DNA of 64,000 nucleotides from Eledone cirrhosa (Eukaryota): contig OZ024745.1 of NCBI GenBank assembly GCA_964016885.1, forward strand, positions 8,308,001 through 8,372,000, read 5' to 3'. Shown in pieces: positions 1-12,400 of this stretch. The stretch's first letter is position 1, and each line of letters begins with the position of its first letter. A program made the position numbers and the translations under genes. The notes under the pieces are model-generated. The model saw only the letters and a program-made list of their open reading frames with translations, ran no database searches and was not told the origin of the DNA.

Positions 1-370
1 AACATGTGGATGGGATATGTCAAGAGTTTCTGACAGTAATGTCTACCATATAGGTGGTGCCAGGTGTACAATAACATGTGGAGGGGATATGTAAAGAGTT
101 TCTGACAGTAATGTCTACCATATAGGTGGTGCCAGATGTACAATAACATGTGGATGGGATGTGTCAAGAGTTTCTGACAGTAATATCTACCATATAGGTG
201 GTGCCAGGTGTACAATAACATGTGGAGGTGTGTCAAGAGTTTCTGACAGTAATATCTACCATATAGGTGGTGCAAGGTGTACAATAACATGTGGAGGTGT
301 GTCAAGAGTTTCTGACAGTAATATCTACCATATAGGTGGTGCCAGGTGTACAATAACATGAGGAGGGGAT

Positions 371-3300
371 ATGTCAAGAGTTTCAGACAGTAATGTCTAC
401 CATATAGGTGGTGCCAGGTGTACAATAACATGTCTAGGGGATATGTCAAGAGTTTCTGACAGTAATGTCTACCATATAGGTGGTGCCAGATGTACAATAA
501 CATGTGGATGGGATGTATCAAGAGTTTCTGACAGTAATGTCTACCATATAGGTGGTGCCAGATGTACAATAACATGTGGATGGGATGTGTCAAGAGTTTC
601 TGACAGTAATATCTACCATATAGGTGGTGCCAGGTGTACAATAACATGTGGAGGTGTGTCAAGAGTTTCTGACAGTAATGTCTACCATATAGGTGGTGCC
701 AGGTGTACAATAACATGTGGATGGGATGTGTCAAGAGTTTCTGACAGTAATATCTACCATATAGGTGGTGCCAGATGTACAATAACATGTGGAGGACGTG
801 TGTCAAGAGTTTCTGACAGTAATGTCTACCATATAGGTGGTGCCAGATGTACAATAACATGTGGAGGAGGGGTGTCAAGAGTTTCTGACAGTAATATCTA
901 CCATATAGGTGGTGCCAGATGTACAATAATATGTGGAGAAGGTGTGTCAAGAGTTTCTGACAGTAATGTCTACCATATAGGTGGTGCCAGATGTACAATA
1001 ACATGTGGAGGAGGTGTGTCAAGAGTTTCTGACAGTAATGTCTACCATATAGGTGGTGCCAGATGTACAATAACATGTGGAGGAGGTGTGTCAAGAGTTT
1101 CTGACAGTAATATCTACCATATAGGTGGTGCCAGGTGTACAATAACATGTGGAGGAGGTGTGTCAAGAGTTTCTGACAGTAATATCTACCATATAGGTGG
1201 TGCCAGGTGTACAATAACATGTGGAGGAGGTGTGTCAAGAGTTTCTGACAGTAATATCTACCATATAGGTGGTGCCAGGTGTACAATAACATGTGGAGGA
1301 GGTGTGTCAAGAGTTTCTGACAGTAATATCTACCATATAGGTGGTGCCAGGTGTACAATAACATGTGGAGGAGGTGTGTCAAGAGTTTCTGACAGTAATA
1401 TCTACCATATAGGTGGTGCCTGGTGTACAATAACATGTGGAGGTGTGTCAAGAGTTTCTGACAGTAATTTCTACCATATAGGTGGTGCCAGGTGTACAAT
1501 AACATGTGGAGGTGTGTCAAGAGTTTCTGACAGTAATGTCTACCATATAGGTGGTGCCAGGTGTACAATACCATGTGGAGGGGATATGTCAAGAGTTTCT
1601 GACAGTAATGTCTACCATATAGGTGGTGCCAGGTGTACAATAACATGTGGAGGGGATATGTCAAGAGTTTCTGACAGTAATATCTACCATATAGGTGGTG
1701 CCAGATGTACAATAACATGTGGAGGTGTGTCAAGAGTTTCTGACAGTAATGTCTACCATGTAGGTGGTGCCAGATGTACAATAACATGTGGATGGGATGT
1801 GTCAAGAGTTTCTGACAGTAATATCTACCATATAGGTGGTGCCAGGTGTACAATAACATGTGGAGGTGTGTCAAGAGTTTCTGACAGTAATGTCTACCAT
1901 ATAGGTGGTGCCAGGTGTACAATAACATGTGGAGGGGATATGTCAAGAGTTTCTGACAGTAATGTCTACCATATAGGTGGTGCCAGATGTACAATAACAT
2001 GTGAATGGGATGTGTCAAGAGTTTCTGACAGTAATATCTACCATATAGGTGGTGCCAGATGTACAATAACATGTGGATGGGATATGTCAAGAGTTTCTGA
2101 CAGTAATGTCTACCATATAGGTGGTGTCAGGTGTACAAAAACATGTGGAGGGGATATGTCAAGAGTTTGTGACAGTAATATCTACCATATAGGTGGTGCC
2201 AGATGTACAATAACATGTGGAGGAGGTGTGTCAAGAGTTTCTGACAGTAATGTCTACCATATAGGTGGTGCCAGATGTACAATAACATGTGGAGGAGGTG
2301 TGTCAAGAGTTTCTGACAGTAATGTCTACCATATAGGTGGTGCCAGATGTACAATAACATGTGGAGGAAGTGTGTCAAGAGTTTCTGACAGTAATGTCTA
2401 CCATATAGGTGGTGCCAGATGTACAATAACATGTGGATGGGATGTGTCAAGAGTTTCTGACAGTAATATCTACCATATAGGTGGTGCCAGGTGTACAATA
2501 ACATGTGGAGGGGATATGTCAAGAGTTTCTGACAGTAACGTCTACCATATAGGTGGTGCCAGGTGTACAATAACATGTGGAGGGGATATGTCAAGAGTTT
2601 CTGACAGTAATGTCTACCATATAGGTGGTGCCAGATGTACAATAACATGTGGATGGGATGTGTCAAGGGTTTCTGACAGTAATGTCTACCATATAGGTGG
2701 TGCCAGATGTACAATAACATGTGGATGGGATGTGTCAAGAGTTTCTGACAGTAATATCTACCATATAGGTGGTGCCAGGTGTACAATAACATGTGGAGGT
2801 GTGTCAAGAGTTTCTGACAGTAATGTCTACCATACAGGTGGTGCCAGGTGTACAATAACATGTGGATGGGATGTGTCAAGAGTTTCTGACAGTAATATCT
2901 ACCATATAGGTGGTGCCAGATGTACAATAACATGTGGATGGGATATGTCAAGAGTTTCTGACAGTAATGTCTACCATATAGGTGGTGTCAGGTGTACAAA
3001 AACATGTGGAGGGGATATGTCAAGAGTTTCTGACAGTAATATCTACCATATAGGTGGTGCCAGATGTACAATAACATGTGGAGGAGGTGTGTCAAGAGTT
3101 TCTGACAGTAATGTCTACCATATAGGTGGTGCCAGATGTACAATAACATGTGGAGGAGGTGTGTCAAGAGTTTCTGACAGTAATGTCTACCATATAGGTG
3201 GTGCCAGATGTACAATAACATATGGATGGGATGTGTCAAGAGTTTCTGACAGTAATGTCTACCATATAGGTGGTGCCAGGGGTACAATAACATGTGGAGG

Positions 3301-6300
3301 GGATATGTCAAGAGTTTCTGACAGTAATATCTACCATATAGGTGGTGCCAGATGTACAATAACATGTGGAGGTGTGTCAAGAGTTTCTGACAGTAATGTC
3401 TACCATATAGGTGGTGCCAGATGTACAATAACATGTGGATGGGATGTGTCAAGAGTTTCTGACAGTAATATCTACCATATAGGTGGTGCCAGGTGTACAA
3501 TAACATGTGGAGGAGGTGTGTCAAGAGTTTCTGACAGTAATATCTACCATATAGGTGGTGCCAGGTGTACAATAACATGTGGAGGAGGTGTGTCAAGAGT
3601 TTCTGACAGTAATATCTACCATATAGGTGGTGCCAGGTGTACAATAACATGTGGAGGTGTGTCAAGAGTTTCTGACAGTAATGTCTACCATATAGGTGGT
3701 GCCAGGTGTACAATAACATGTGGAGGTGTGTCAAGAGTTTCTGACAGTAATGTCTACCATATAGGTGGTGCCAGGTGTACAATACCATGTGGAGGGGATA
3801 TGTCAAGAGTTTCTGACAGTAATGTCTACCATATAGGTGGTGCCAGGTGTACAATAACATGTGGAGGGGATATGTCAAGAGTTTCTGACAGTAATATCTA
3901 CCATATAGGTGGTGCCAGATGTACAATAACATGTGGAGGTGTGTCAAGAGTTTCTGACAGTAATGTCTACCATATAGGTGGTGCCAGATGTACAATAACA
4001 TGTGGATGGGATGTGTCAAGAGTTTCTGACAGTAATATCTACCATATAGGTGGTGCCAGGTGTACAATAACATGTGGAGGTGTGTCAAGAGTTTCTGACA
4101 GTAATGTCTACCATATAGGTGGTGCCAGGTGTACAATAACATGTGGAGGGGATATGTCAAGAGTTTCTGACAGTAATGTCTACCATATAGGTGGTGCCAG
4201 ATGTACAATAACATGTGAATGGGATGTGTCAAGAGTTTCTGACAGTAATATCTACCATATAGGTGGTGCCAGATGTACAATAACATGTGGATGGGATATG
4301 TCAAGAGTTTCTGACAGTAATGTCTACCATATAGGTGATGTCAGGTGTACAAAAACATGTGGAGGGGATATGTCAAGAGTTTCTGACAGTAATATCTACC
4401 ATATAGGTGGTGCCAGATGTACAATAACATGTGGAGGAGGTGTGTCAAGAGTTTCTGACAGTAATGTCTACCATATAGGTGGTGCCAGATGTACAATAAC
4501 ATGTGGAGGAGGTGTGTCAAGAGTTTCTGACAGTAATGTCTACCATATAGGTGGTGCCAGATGTACAATAACATGTGGATGGGAATTGTCAAGAGTTTCT
4601 GACAGTAATGTCTACCATATAGGTGGTGCCAGGTGTACAAAAACATGTGGAGGGGATATGTCAAGAGTTTCTGACAGTAATGTCTACCATATAGGTGGTG
4701 CCAGATGTACAATAACATGTGGATGGGATGTGTCAAGAGTTTCTGACAGTAATATCTACCATATAGGTGGTGCCAGGTGTACAATAACATGTGGAGGGGA
4801 TATGTCAAGAGTTTCTGACAGTAACGTCTACCATATAGGTGGTGCCAGGTGTACAATAACATGTGGAGGGGATATGTCAAGAGTTTCTGACAGTAATGTC
4901 TACCATATAGGTGCTGCCAGATGTACAATAACATGTGGATGGGATGTGTCAAGGGTTTCTGACAGTAATGTCTACCATATAGGTGGTGCCAGATGTACAA
5001 TAACATGTGGATGGGATGTGTCAAGAGTTTCTGACAGTAATATCTACCATATAGGTGGTGCCAGGTGTACAATAACATGTGGAGGTGTGTCAAGAGTTTC
5101 TGACAGTAATGTCTACCATACAGGTGGTGCCAGGTGTACAATAACATGTGGATGGGATGTGTCAAGAGTTTCTGACAGTAATATCTACCATATAGGTGGT
5201 GCCAGATGTACAATAACATGTGTATGTGATATGTCAAGAGTTTCTGACAGTAATGTCTACCATATAGGTGGTGTCAGGTGTACAAAAACATGTGGAGGGG
5301 ATATGTCAAGAGTTTCTGACAGTAATATCTACCATATAGGTGGTGCCAGATGTACAATAACATGTGGAGGAGGTGTGTCAAGAGTTTCTGACAGTAATGT
5401 CTACCATATAGGTGGTGCCAGATGTACAATAACATGTGGAGGAGGTGTGTCAAGAGTTTCTGACAGTAATGTCTACCATATAGGTGGTGCCAGATGTACA
5501 ATAACATGTGGATGGGATGTGTCAAGAGTTTCTGACAGTAATGTCTACCATATAGGTGGTGCCAGATGTACAATAATATGTGGATGGGATGTGTCAAGAG
5601 TTTCTGACAGTAATATCTACCATATAGGTGGTGCCAGGTGTACAATAACATGTGGAGGTGTGTCAAGAGTTTCTGACAGTAATGTCTACCATATAGGTGG
5701 TGCCAGGTGTACAATAACATGTGGATGGGATGTGTCAAGAGTTTCTGACAGTAATATCTACCATATAGGTGGTGCCAGATGTACAATAACATGTGGAGGA
5801 CGTGTGTCAAGAGTTTCTGACAGTAATGTCTACCATATAGGTGGTGCCAGATGTACAATAACATGTGGAGGAGGGGTGTCAAGAGTTTCTGACAGTAATA
5901 TCTACCATATAGGTGGTGCCAGATGTACAATAACATGTGGAGAAGGTGTGTCAAGAGTTTCTGACAGTAATGTCTACCATATAGGTGGTGCCAGATGTAC
6001 AATAACATGTGGAGGAGGTGTGTCAAGAGTTTCTGACAGTAATGTCTACCATATAGGTGGTGCCAGATGTACAATAACATGTGGAGGAGGTGTGTCAAGA
6101 GTTTCTGACAGTAATATCTACCATATAGGTGGTGCCAGGTGTACAATAACATGTGGAGGAGGTGTGTCAAGAGTTTCTGACAGTAATATCTACCATATAG
6201 GTGGTGCCAGGTGTACAATAACATGTGGAGGAGGTGTGTCAAGAGTTTCTGACAGTAATATCTACCATATAGGTGGTGCCAGGTGTACAATAACATGTGG

Positions 6301-9300
6301 AGGAGGTGTGTCAAGAGTTTCTGACAGTAATATCTACCATATAGGTGGTGCCAGGTGTACAATAACATGTGGAAGAGGTGTGTCAAGAGTTTCTGACAGT
6401 AATATCTACCATATAGGTGGTGCCAGGTGTACAATAACATGTGGAGGTGTGTCAAGAGTTTCTGACAGTAATGTCTACCATATAGGTGGTGCCAGGTGTA
6501 CAATAACATGTGGAGGTGTGTCAAGAGTTTCTGACAGTAATGTCTACCATATAGGTGGTGCCAGGTGTACAATACCATGTGGAGGGGATATGTCAAGAGT
6601 TTCTGACAGTAATGTCTACCATATAGGTGGTGCCAGGTGTACAATAACATGTGGAGGGGATATGTCAAGAGTTTCTGACAGTAATATCTACCATATAGGT
6701 GGTGCCAGGTGTACAATAACATGTGGAGGGGATATGTCAAGAGTTTCTGACAGTAACGTCTACCATATAGGTGGTGCCAGGTGTACAATAACATGTGGAG
6801 GGGATATGTCAAGAGTTTCTGACAGTAATGTCTACCATATAGGTGGTGCCAGATGTACAATAACATGTGGATGGGATGTGTCAAGGGTTTCTGACAGTAA
6901 TGTCTACCATATAGGTGGTGCCAGATGTACAATAACATGTGGATGGGATGTGTCAAGAGTTTCTGACAGTAATATCTACCATATAGGTGGTGCCAGGTGT
7001 ACAATAACATGTGGAGGTGTGTCAAGAGTTTCTGACAGTAATGTCTACCATACAGGTGGTGCCAGGTGTACAATAACATGTGGATGGGATGTGTCAAGAG
7101 TTTCTGACAGTAATATCTACCATATAGGTGGTGCCAGATGTACAATAACATGTGGATGGGATATGTCAAGAGTTTCTGACAGTAATGTCTACCATATAGG
7201 TGGTGTCAGGTGTACAAAAACATGTGGAGGGGATATGTCAAGAGTTTCTGACAGTAATATCTACCATATAGGTGGTGCCAGATGTACAATAACATGTGGA
7301 GGAGGTGTGTCAAGAGTTTCTGACAGTAATGTTTACCATATAGGTGGTGCCAGATGTACAATAACATGTGGAGGAGGTGTGTCAAGAGTTTCTGACAGTA
7401 ATGTCTACCATATAGGTGGTGCCAGATGTACTATAACATGTGGAGGAGGTGTGTCAAGAGTTTCTGACAGTAATGTCTACCATATAGGTGGTGCCAGATG
7501 TACAATAACATGTGGATGGGATATGTCAAGAGTTTCTGACAGTAATGTCTACCATATAGGTGGTGCCAGGTGTACAAAAACATGTGGAGGGGATATGTCA
7601 AGAGTTTCTGACAGTAATGTCTACCATATAGGTGGTGCCAGATGTACAATAACATGTGGATGGGATGTGTCAAGAGTTTCTGACAGTAATATCTACCATA
7701 TAGGTGGTGCCAGGTGTACAATAACATGTGGAGGGGATATGTCAAGAGTTTCTGACAGTAACGTCTACCATATAGGTGGTGCCAGGTGTACAATAACATG
7801 TGGAGGGGATATGTCAAGAGTTTCTGACAGTAATGTCTACCATATAGGTGTTGCCAGATGTACAATAACATGTGGATGGGATGTGTCAAGAGTTTCTGAC
7901 AGTAATGTCTACCATATAGGTGGTGCCAGATGTACAATAACATGTGGATGGGATGTGTCAAGAGTTTCTGACAGTAATATCTACCATATAGGTGGTGCCA
8001 GGTGTACAATAACATGTGGAGGTGTGTCAAGAGTTTCTGACAGTAATGTCTATCATACAGGTGGTGCCAGGTGTATAATAACATGTGGATGGGATGTGTC
8101 AAGAGTTTCTGACAGTAATATATACCATATAGGTGGTGCCAGATGTACAATAACATGTGGAGGAGGTGTGTCAAGTGTTTCTGACAGTAATGTCTACCAT
8201 ATAGGTGGTGCCAGATGTACAATAACATGTGGAGGAGGTGTGTCAAGAGTTTCTGACAGTAATATCTACCATATAGGTGGTGCCAGATGTACAATAACAT
8301 GTGGATGGGATGTGTCAAGAGTTTCTGACAGTAATGTCTACCATATAGGTGGTGCCAGATGTACAATAACATGTGGATGGGATATGTCAAGAGTTTATGA
8401 CAGTAATGTCTACCATATAGGTGGTGCCAGGTGTACAATAACATGTGGAGGGGATATGTCAAGAGTTTCTGACAGTAATGTCTACCATATAGGTGGTGCC
8501 AGGTGTACAATAACATGTGGAGGTGTGTCAAGAGTTTCTGACAGTAATGTCTACCATATAGGTGGTGCCAGATGTACAATAACATGTGGAGGGGATGTGT
8601 CAAGAGTTTCTGACAGTAATGTCTACCATTTAGGTGGTGCCAGATGTACAATAACATGTGGATGGGATGTGTCAAGAGTTTCTGACAGTAATATCTACCA
8701 TATAGGTGGTGCCAGGTGTACAATAACATGTGGAGGTGTGTCAAGAGTTTCTGACAGTAATGTCTACCATATAGGTGGTGCCAGGTGTACAATAACATGT
8801 GGATGGGATGTGTCAAGAGTCTCTGACAGTAATATCTACCATATAGGTGGTGCCAGATGTACAATAACATGTGGAGGAGGTGTGTCAAGAGTTTCTGACA
8901 GTAATGTCTACCATATAGGTGGTGCCAGGTGTACAATAACATGTGGAGGTGTGTCAAGAGTTTCTGACAGTAATGTCTACCATATAGGTCGTGCCAGATG
9001 TACAATAACATGTGGAGGGGATGTGTCAAGAGTTTCTGACAGTAATGTCTACCATATAGGTGGTGCCAGATGTACAATAACATGTGGAGGAGGTGTGTCA
9101 AGAGTTTCTGACAGTAATGTCTACCATATAGGTGGTGCCAGATGTACAATAACATGTGGAGGAGGTGTGTCAAGAGTTTCTGACAGTAATGTCTACCATA
9201 TAGGTGGTGCCAGATGTACAATAACATGTGGATGGGATGTGTCAAGAGATTCTGACAGTAATGTCTACCATATAGGTGGTGCCAGATGTACAATAACATG

Positions 9301-9460
9301 TGGATGGGATATGTCAAGAGTTTCTGACAGTAATGTCTACCATATAGGTGGTGCCAGGTGTACAATAACATGTGGAGGGGATATGTCAAGATGTTCTGAC
9401 AGTAATGTCTACCATATAGGTGGTGCCAGATGTACAATAACATGTGGATGGGATGTGTGA
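371..9460 (+). other. Repeat-derived 3029-codon ORF (units of SRVSDSN[VI]YHIGGARCTITCG[G/GG/GD/WD][VM]); probably not a real gene
   Basis: From the ORF track. The monomer is 72/69 bp and stop-free in this frame. There is no unique N- or C-terminal domain, and the same frame is broken elsewhere by more than 30 stops and 7 frameshifts. Confidence refers to it being truly coding. Confidence 0.07.
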
Positions 9461-12400
9461 AGAGTTTCTGACAGTAATATCTACCATATAGGTGGTGCCA
9501 GGTGTACAATAACATGTGGAGGTGTGTCAAGAGTTTCTGACAGTAATATCTACCATATAGGTGGTGCCAGGTGTACAATAACATGTGGAGGGGATATGTC
9601 AAGAGTTTCTGACAGTAATGTCTACCATATAGGTGGTGCCAGGTGTACAATAACATGTGGAGGGGATATGTCAAGAGTTTCTGACAGTAATGTCTACCAT
9701 ATAGGTGGTGACAGATGTACAATAACATGTGGATGGGATGTGTCAAGAGTTTCTGACAGTAATGTCTACCATATAGGTGGTGCCAGATGTACAATAACAT
9801 GTGGATGGGATGTGTCAAGAGTTTCTGACAGTAATATCTACCATATAGGTGGTGCCAGGTGTACAATAACATGTGGAGGTGTGTCAAGAGTTTCTGACAG
9901 TAATGTCTACCATATAGGTGGTGCCAGGTGTACAATAACATGTGGATGGGATGTGTCAAGAGTTTCTGACAGTAATATCTACCATATAGGTGGTGCCAGA
10001 TGTACAATAACATGTGGAGGACGTGTGTCAAGAGTTTCTGACAGTAATGTCTACCATATAGGTGGTGCCAGATGTACAATAACATGTGGAGGAGGTGTGT
10101 CAAGAGTTTCTGACAGTAATATCTACGATATAGGTGGTGCCAGATGTACAATAACATGTGGAGAAGGTGTGTCAAGAGTTTCTGACAGTAATGTCTACCA
10201 TATAGGTGGTGCCAGATGTACAATAACATGTGGAGGAGGTGTGTCAAGAGTTTCTGACGGTAATGTCTACCATATAGGTGGTGCCAGATGTACAATAACA
10301 TGTGGAGGAGGTGTGTCAAGAGTTTCTGACAGTAATATCTACCATATAGGTGGTGCCAGGTGTACAATAACATGTGGAGGAGGTGTGTCAAGAGTTTCTG
10401 ACAGTAATATCTACCATATAGGTGGTGCCAGGTGAACAATAACATGTGGAGGAGGTGTGTCAAGAGTTTCTGACAGTAATATCTACCATATAGGTGGTGC
10501 CAGGTGTACAATAACATGTGGAGGAGGTGTGTCAAGAGTTTCTGACAGTAATATCTACCATATAGGTGGTGCCAGGTGTACAATAACATGTGGAGGTGTG
10601 TCAAGAGTTTCTGACAGTAATGTCTACCATATAGGTGGTGCCAGGTGTACAATAACATGTGGAGGTGTGTCAAGAGTTTCTGACAGTAATGTCTACCATA
10701 TAGGTGGTGCCAGGTGTACAATACCATGTGGAGGGGATATGTCAAGAGTTTCTGACAGTAATGTCTACCATATAGGTGGTGCCAGGTGTACAATAACATG
10801 TGGAGGGGATATGTCAAGAGTTTCTGACAGTAATATCTACCATATAGGTGGTGCCAGATGTACAATAACATGTGGAGGTGTGTCAAGAGTTTCTGACAGT
10901 AATGTCTACCATATAGGTGGTGCCAGATGTACAATAACATGTGGATGGGATGTGTCAAGAGTTTCTGACAGTAATATCTACCATATAGGTGGTGCCAGGT
11001 GTACAATAACATGTGGAGGTGTGTCAAGAGTTTCTGACAGTAATGTCTACCATATAGGTGGTGCCAGGTGTACAATAACATGTGGAGGGGATATGTCAAG
11101 AGTTTCTGACAGTAATGTCTACCATATAGGTGGTGCCAGATGTACAATAACATGTGAATGGGATGTGTCAAGAGTTTCTGACAGTAATATCTACCATATA
11201 GGTGGTGCCAGATGTACAATAACATGTGGATGGGATATGTCAAGAGTTTCTGACAGTAATGTCTACCATATAGGTGGTGTCAGGTGTACAAAAACATGTG
11301 GAGGGGATATGTCAAGAGTTTCTGACAGTAATGTCTACCATATAGGTGGTGCCAGATGTACAATAACATGTGGAGGAGGTGTGTCAAGAGTTTCTGACAG
11401 TAATGTCTACCATATAGGTGGTGCCAGATGTACAATAACATGTGGAGGAGGTGTGTCAAGAGTTTCTGACAGTAATGTCTACCATATAGGTGGTGCCAGA
11501 TGTACAATAACATGTGGATGGGATGTGTCAAGAGTTTCTGACAGTAATATCTACTATATAGGTGGTGCCAGGTGTACAATAACATGTGGGGGGATATGTC
11601 AAGAGTTTCTGACAGTAACGTCTACCATATAGGTGGTGCCAGTTGTACAATAACATGTGGAGGGGATATGTCAAGAGTTTCTGACAGTAATGTCTACCAT
11701 ATAGGTGGTGCCAGATGTACAATAACATGTGGATGGGATGTGTCAAGAGTTTCTGACAGTAATGTCTACCATATAGGTGGTGCCAGATGTACAATAACAT
11801 GTGGATGGGATGTGTCAAGAGTTTCTGACAGTAATATCTACCATATAGGTGGTGCCAGGTGTACAATAACATGTGGAGGTGTGTCAAGAGTTTCTGACAG
11901 TAATGTCTACCATACAGGTGGTGCCAGGTGTACAATAACATGTGGATGGGATGTGTCAAGAGTTTCTGACAGTAATATCTACCATATAGGTGGTGCCAGA
12001 TGTACAATAACATGTGGAGTAGGTGTGTCAAGTGTTTCTGACAGTAATGTCTACCATATAGGTGGTGCCAGATGTACAATAACATGTGGAGGAGGTGTGT
12101 CAAGAGTTTCTGACAGTAATATCTACCATATAGGTGGTGCCAGATGTACAATAACATGTGGAGGAGGTGTGTCAAGAGTTTCTGACAGTAATGTCTACCA
12201 TATAGGTGGTGCCAGATGTACAATAACATGTGGAGGAGGTGTGTCAAGAGTTTCTGACAGTAATATCTACCATATAGGTGGTGCCAGGTGTACAATAACA
12301 TGTGGAGGAGGTGTGTCAAGAGTTTCTGACAGTAATATCTACCATATAGGTGGTGCCAGGTGTACAATAACATGTGGAGGAGGTGTGTCAAGAGTTTCTG

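Noticed and set aside
162-179. CRP/FNR site or transposon terminal inverted repeat at TGTCA-N8-TGACA
   Set aside because: CRP is TGTGA-N6-TCACA and FNR is TTGAT-N4-ATCAA, so both sequence and spacing differ. There is no transposase, target-site duplication or element body.
190-198. CArG (SRF/MADS) box at CCATATAGG
   Set aside because: It has only five A/T bases between CC and GG, and the canonical box needs six.
196-205. Chi recombination site or G-quadruplex/telomeric repeat in the GGTGGTG and GGAGGGG tracts
   Set aside because: There is no GCTGGTGG match, no four closely spaced G3 tracts and no telomere-type short repeat.
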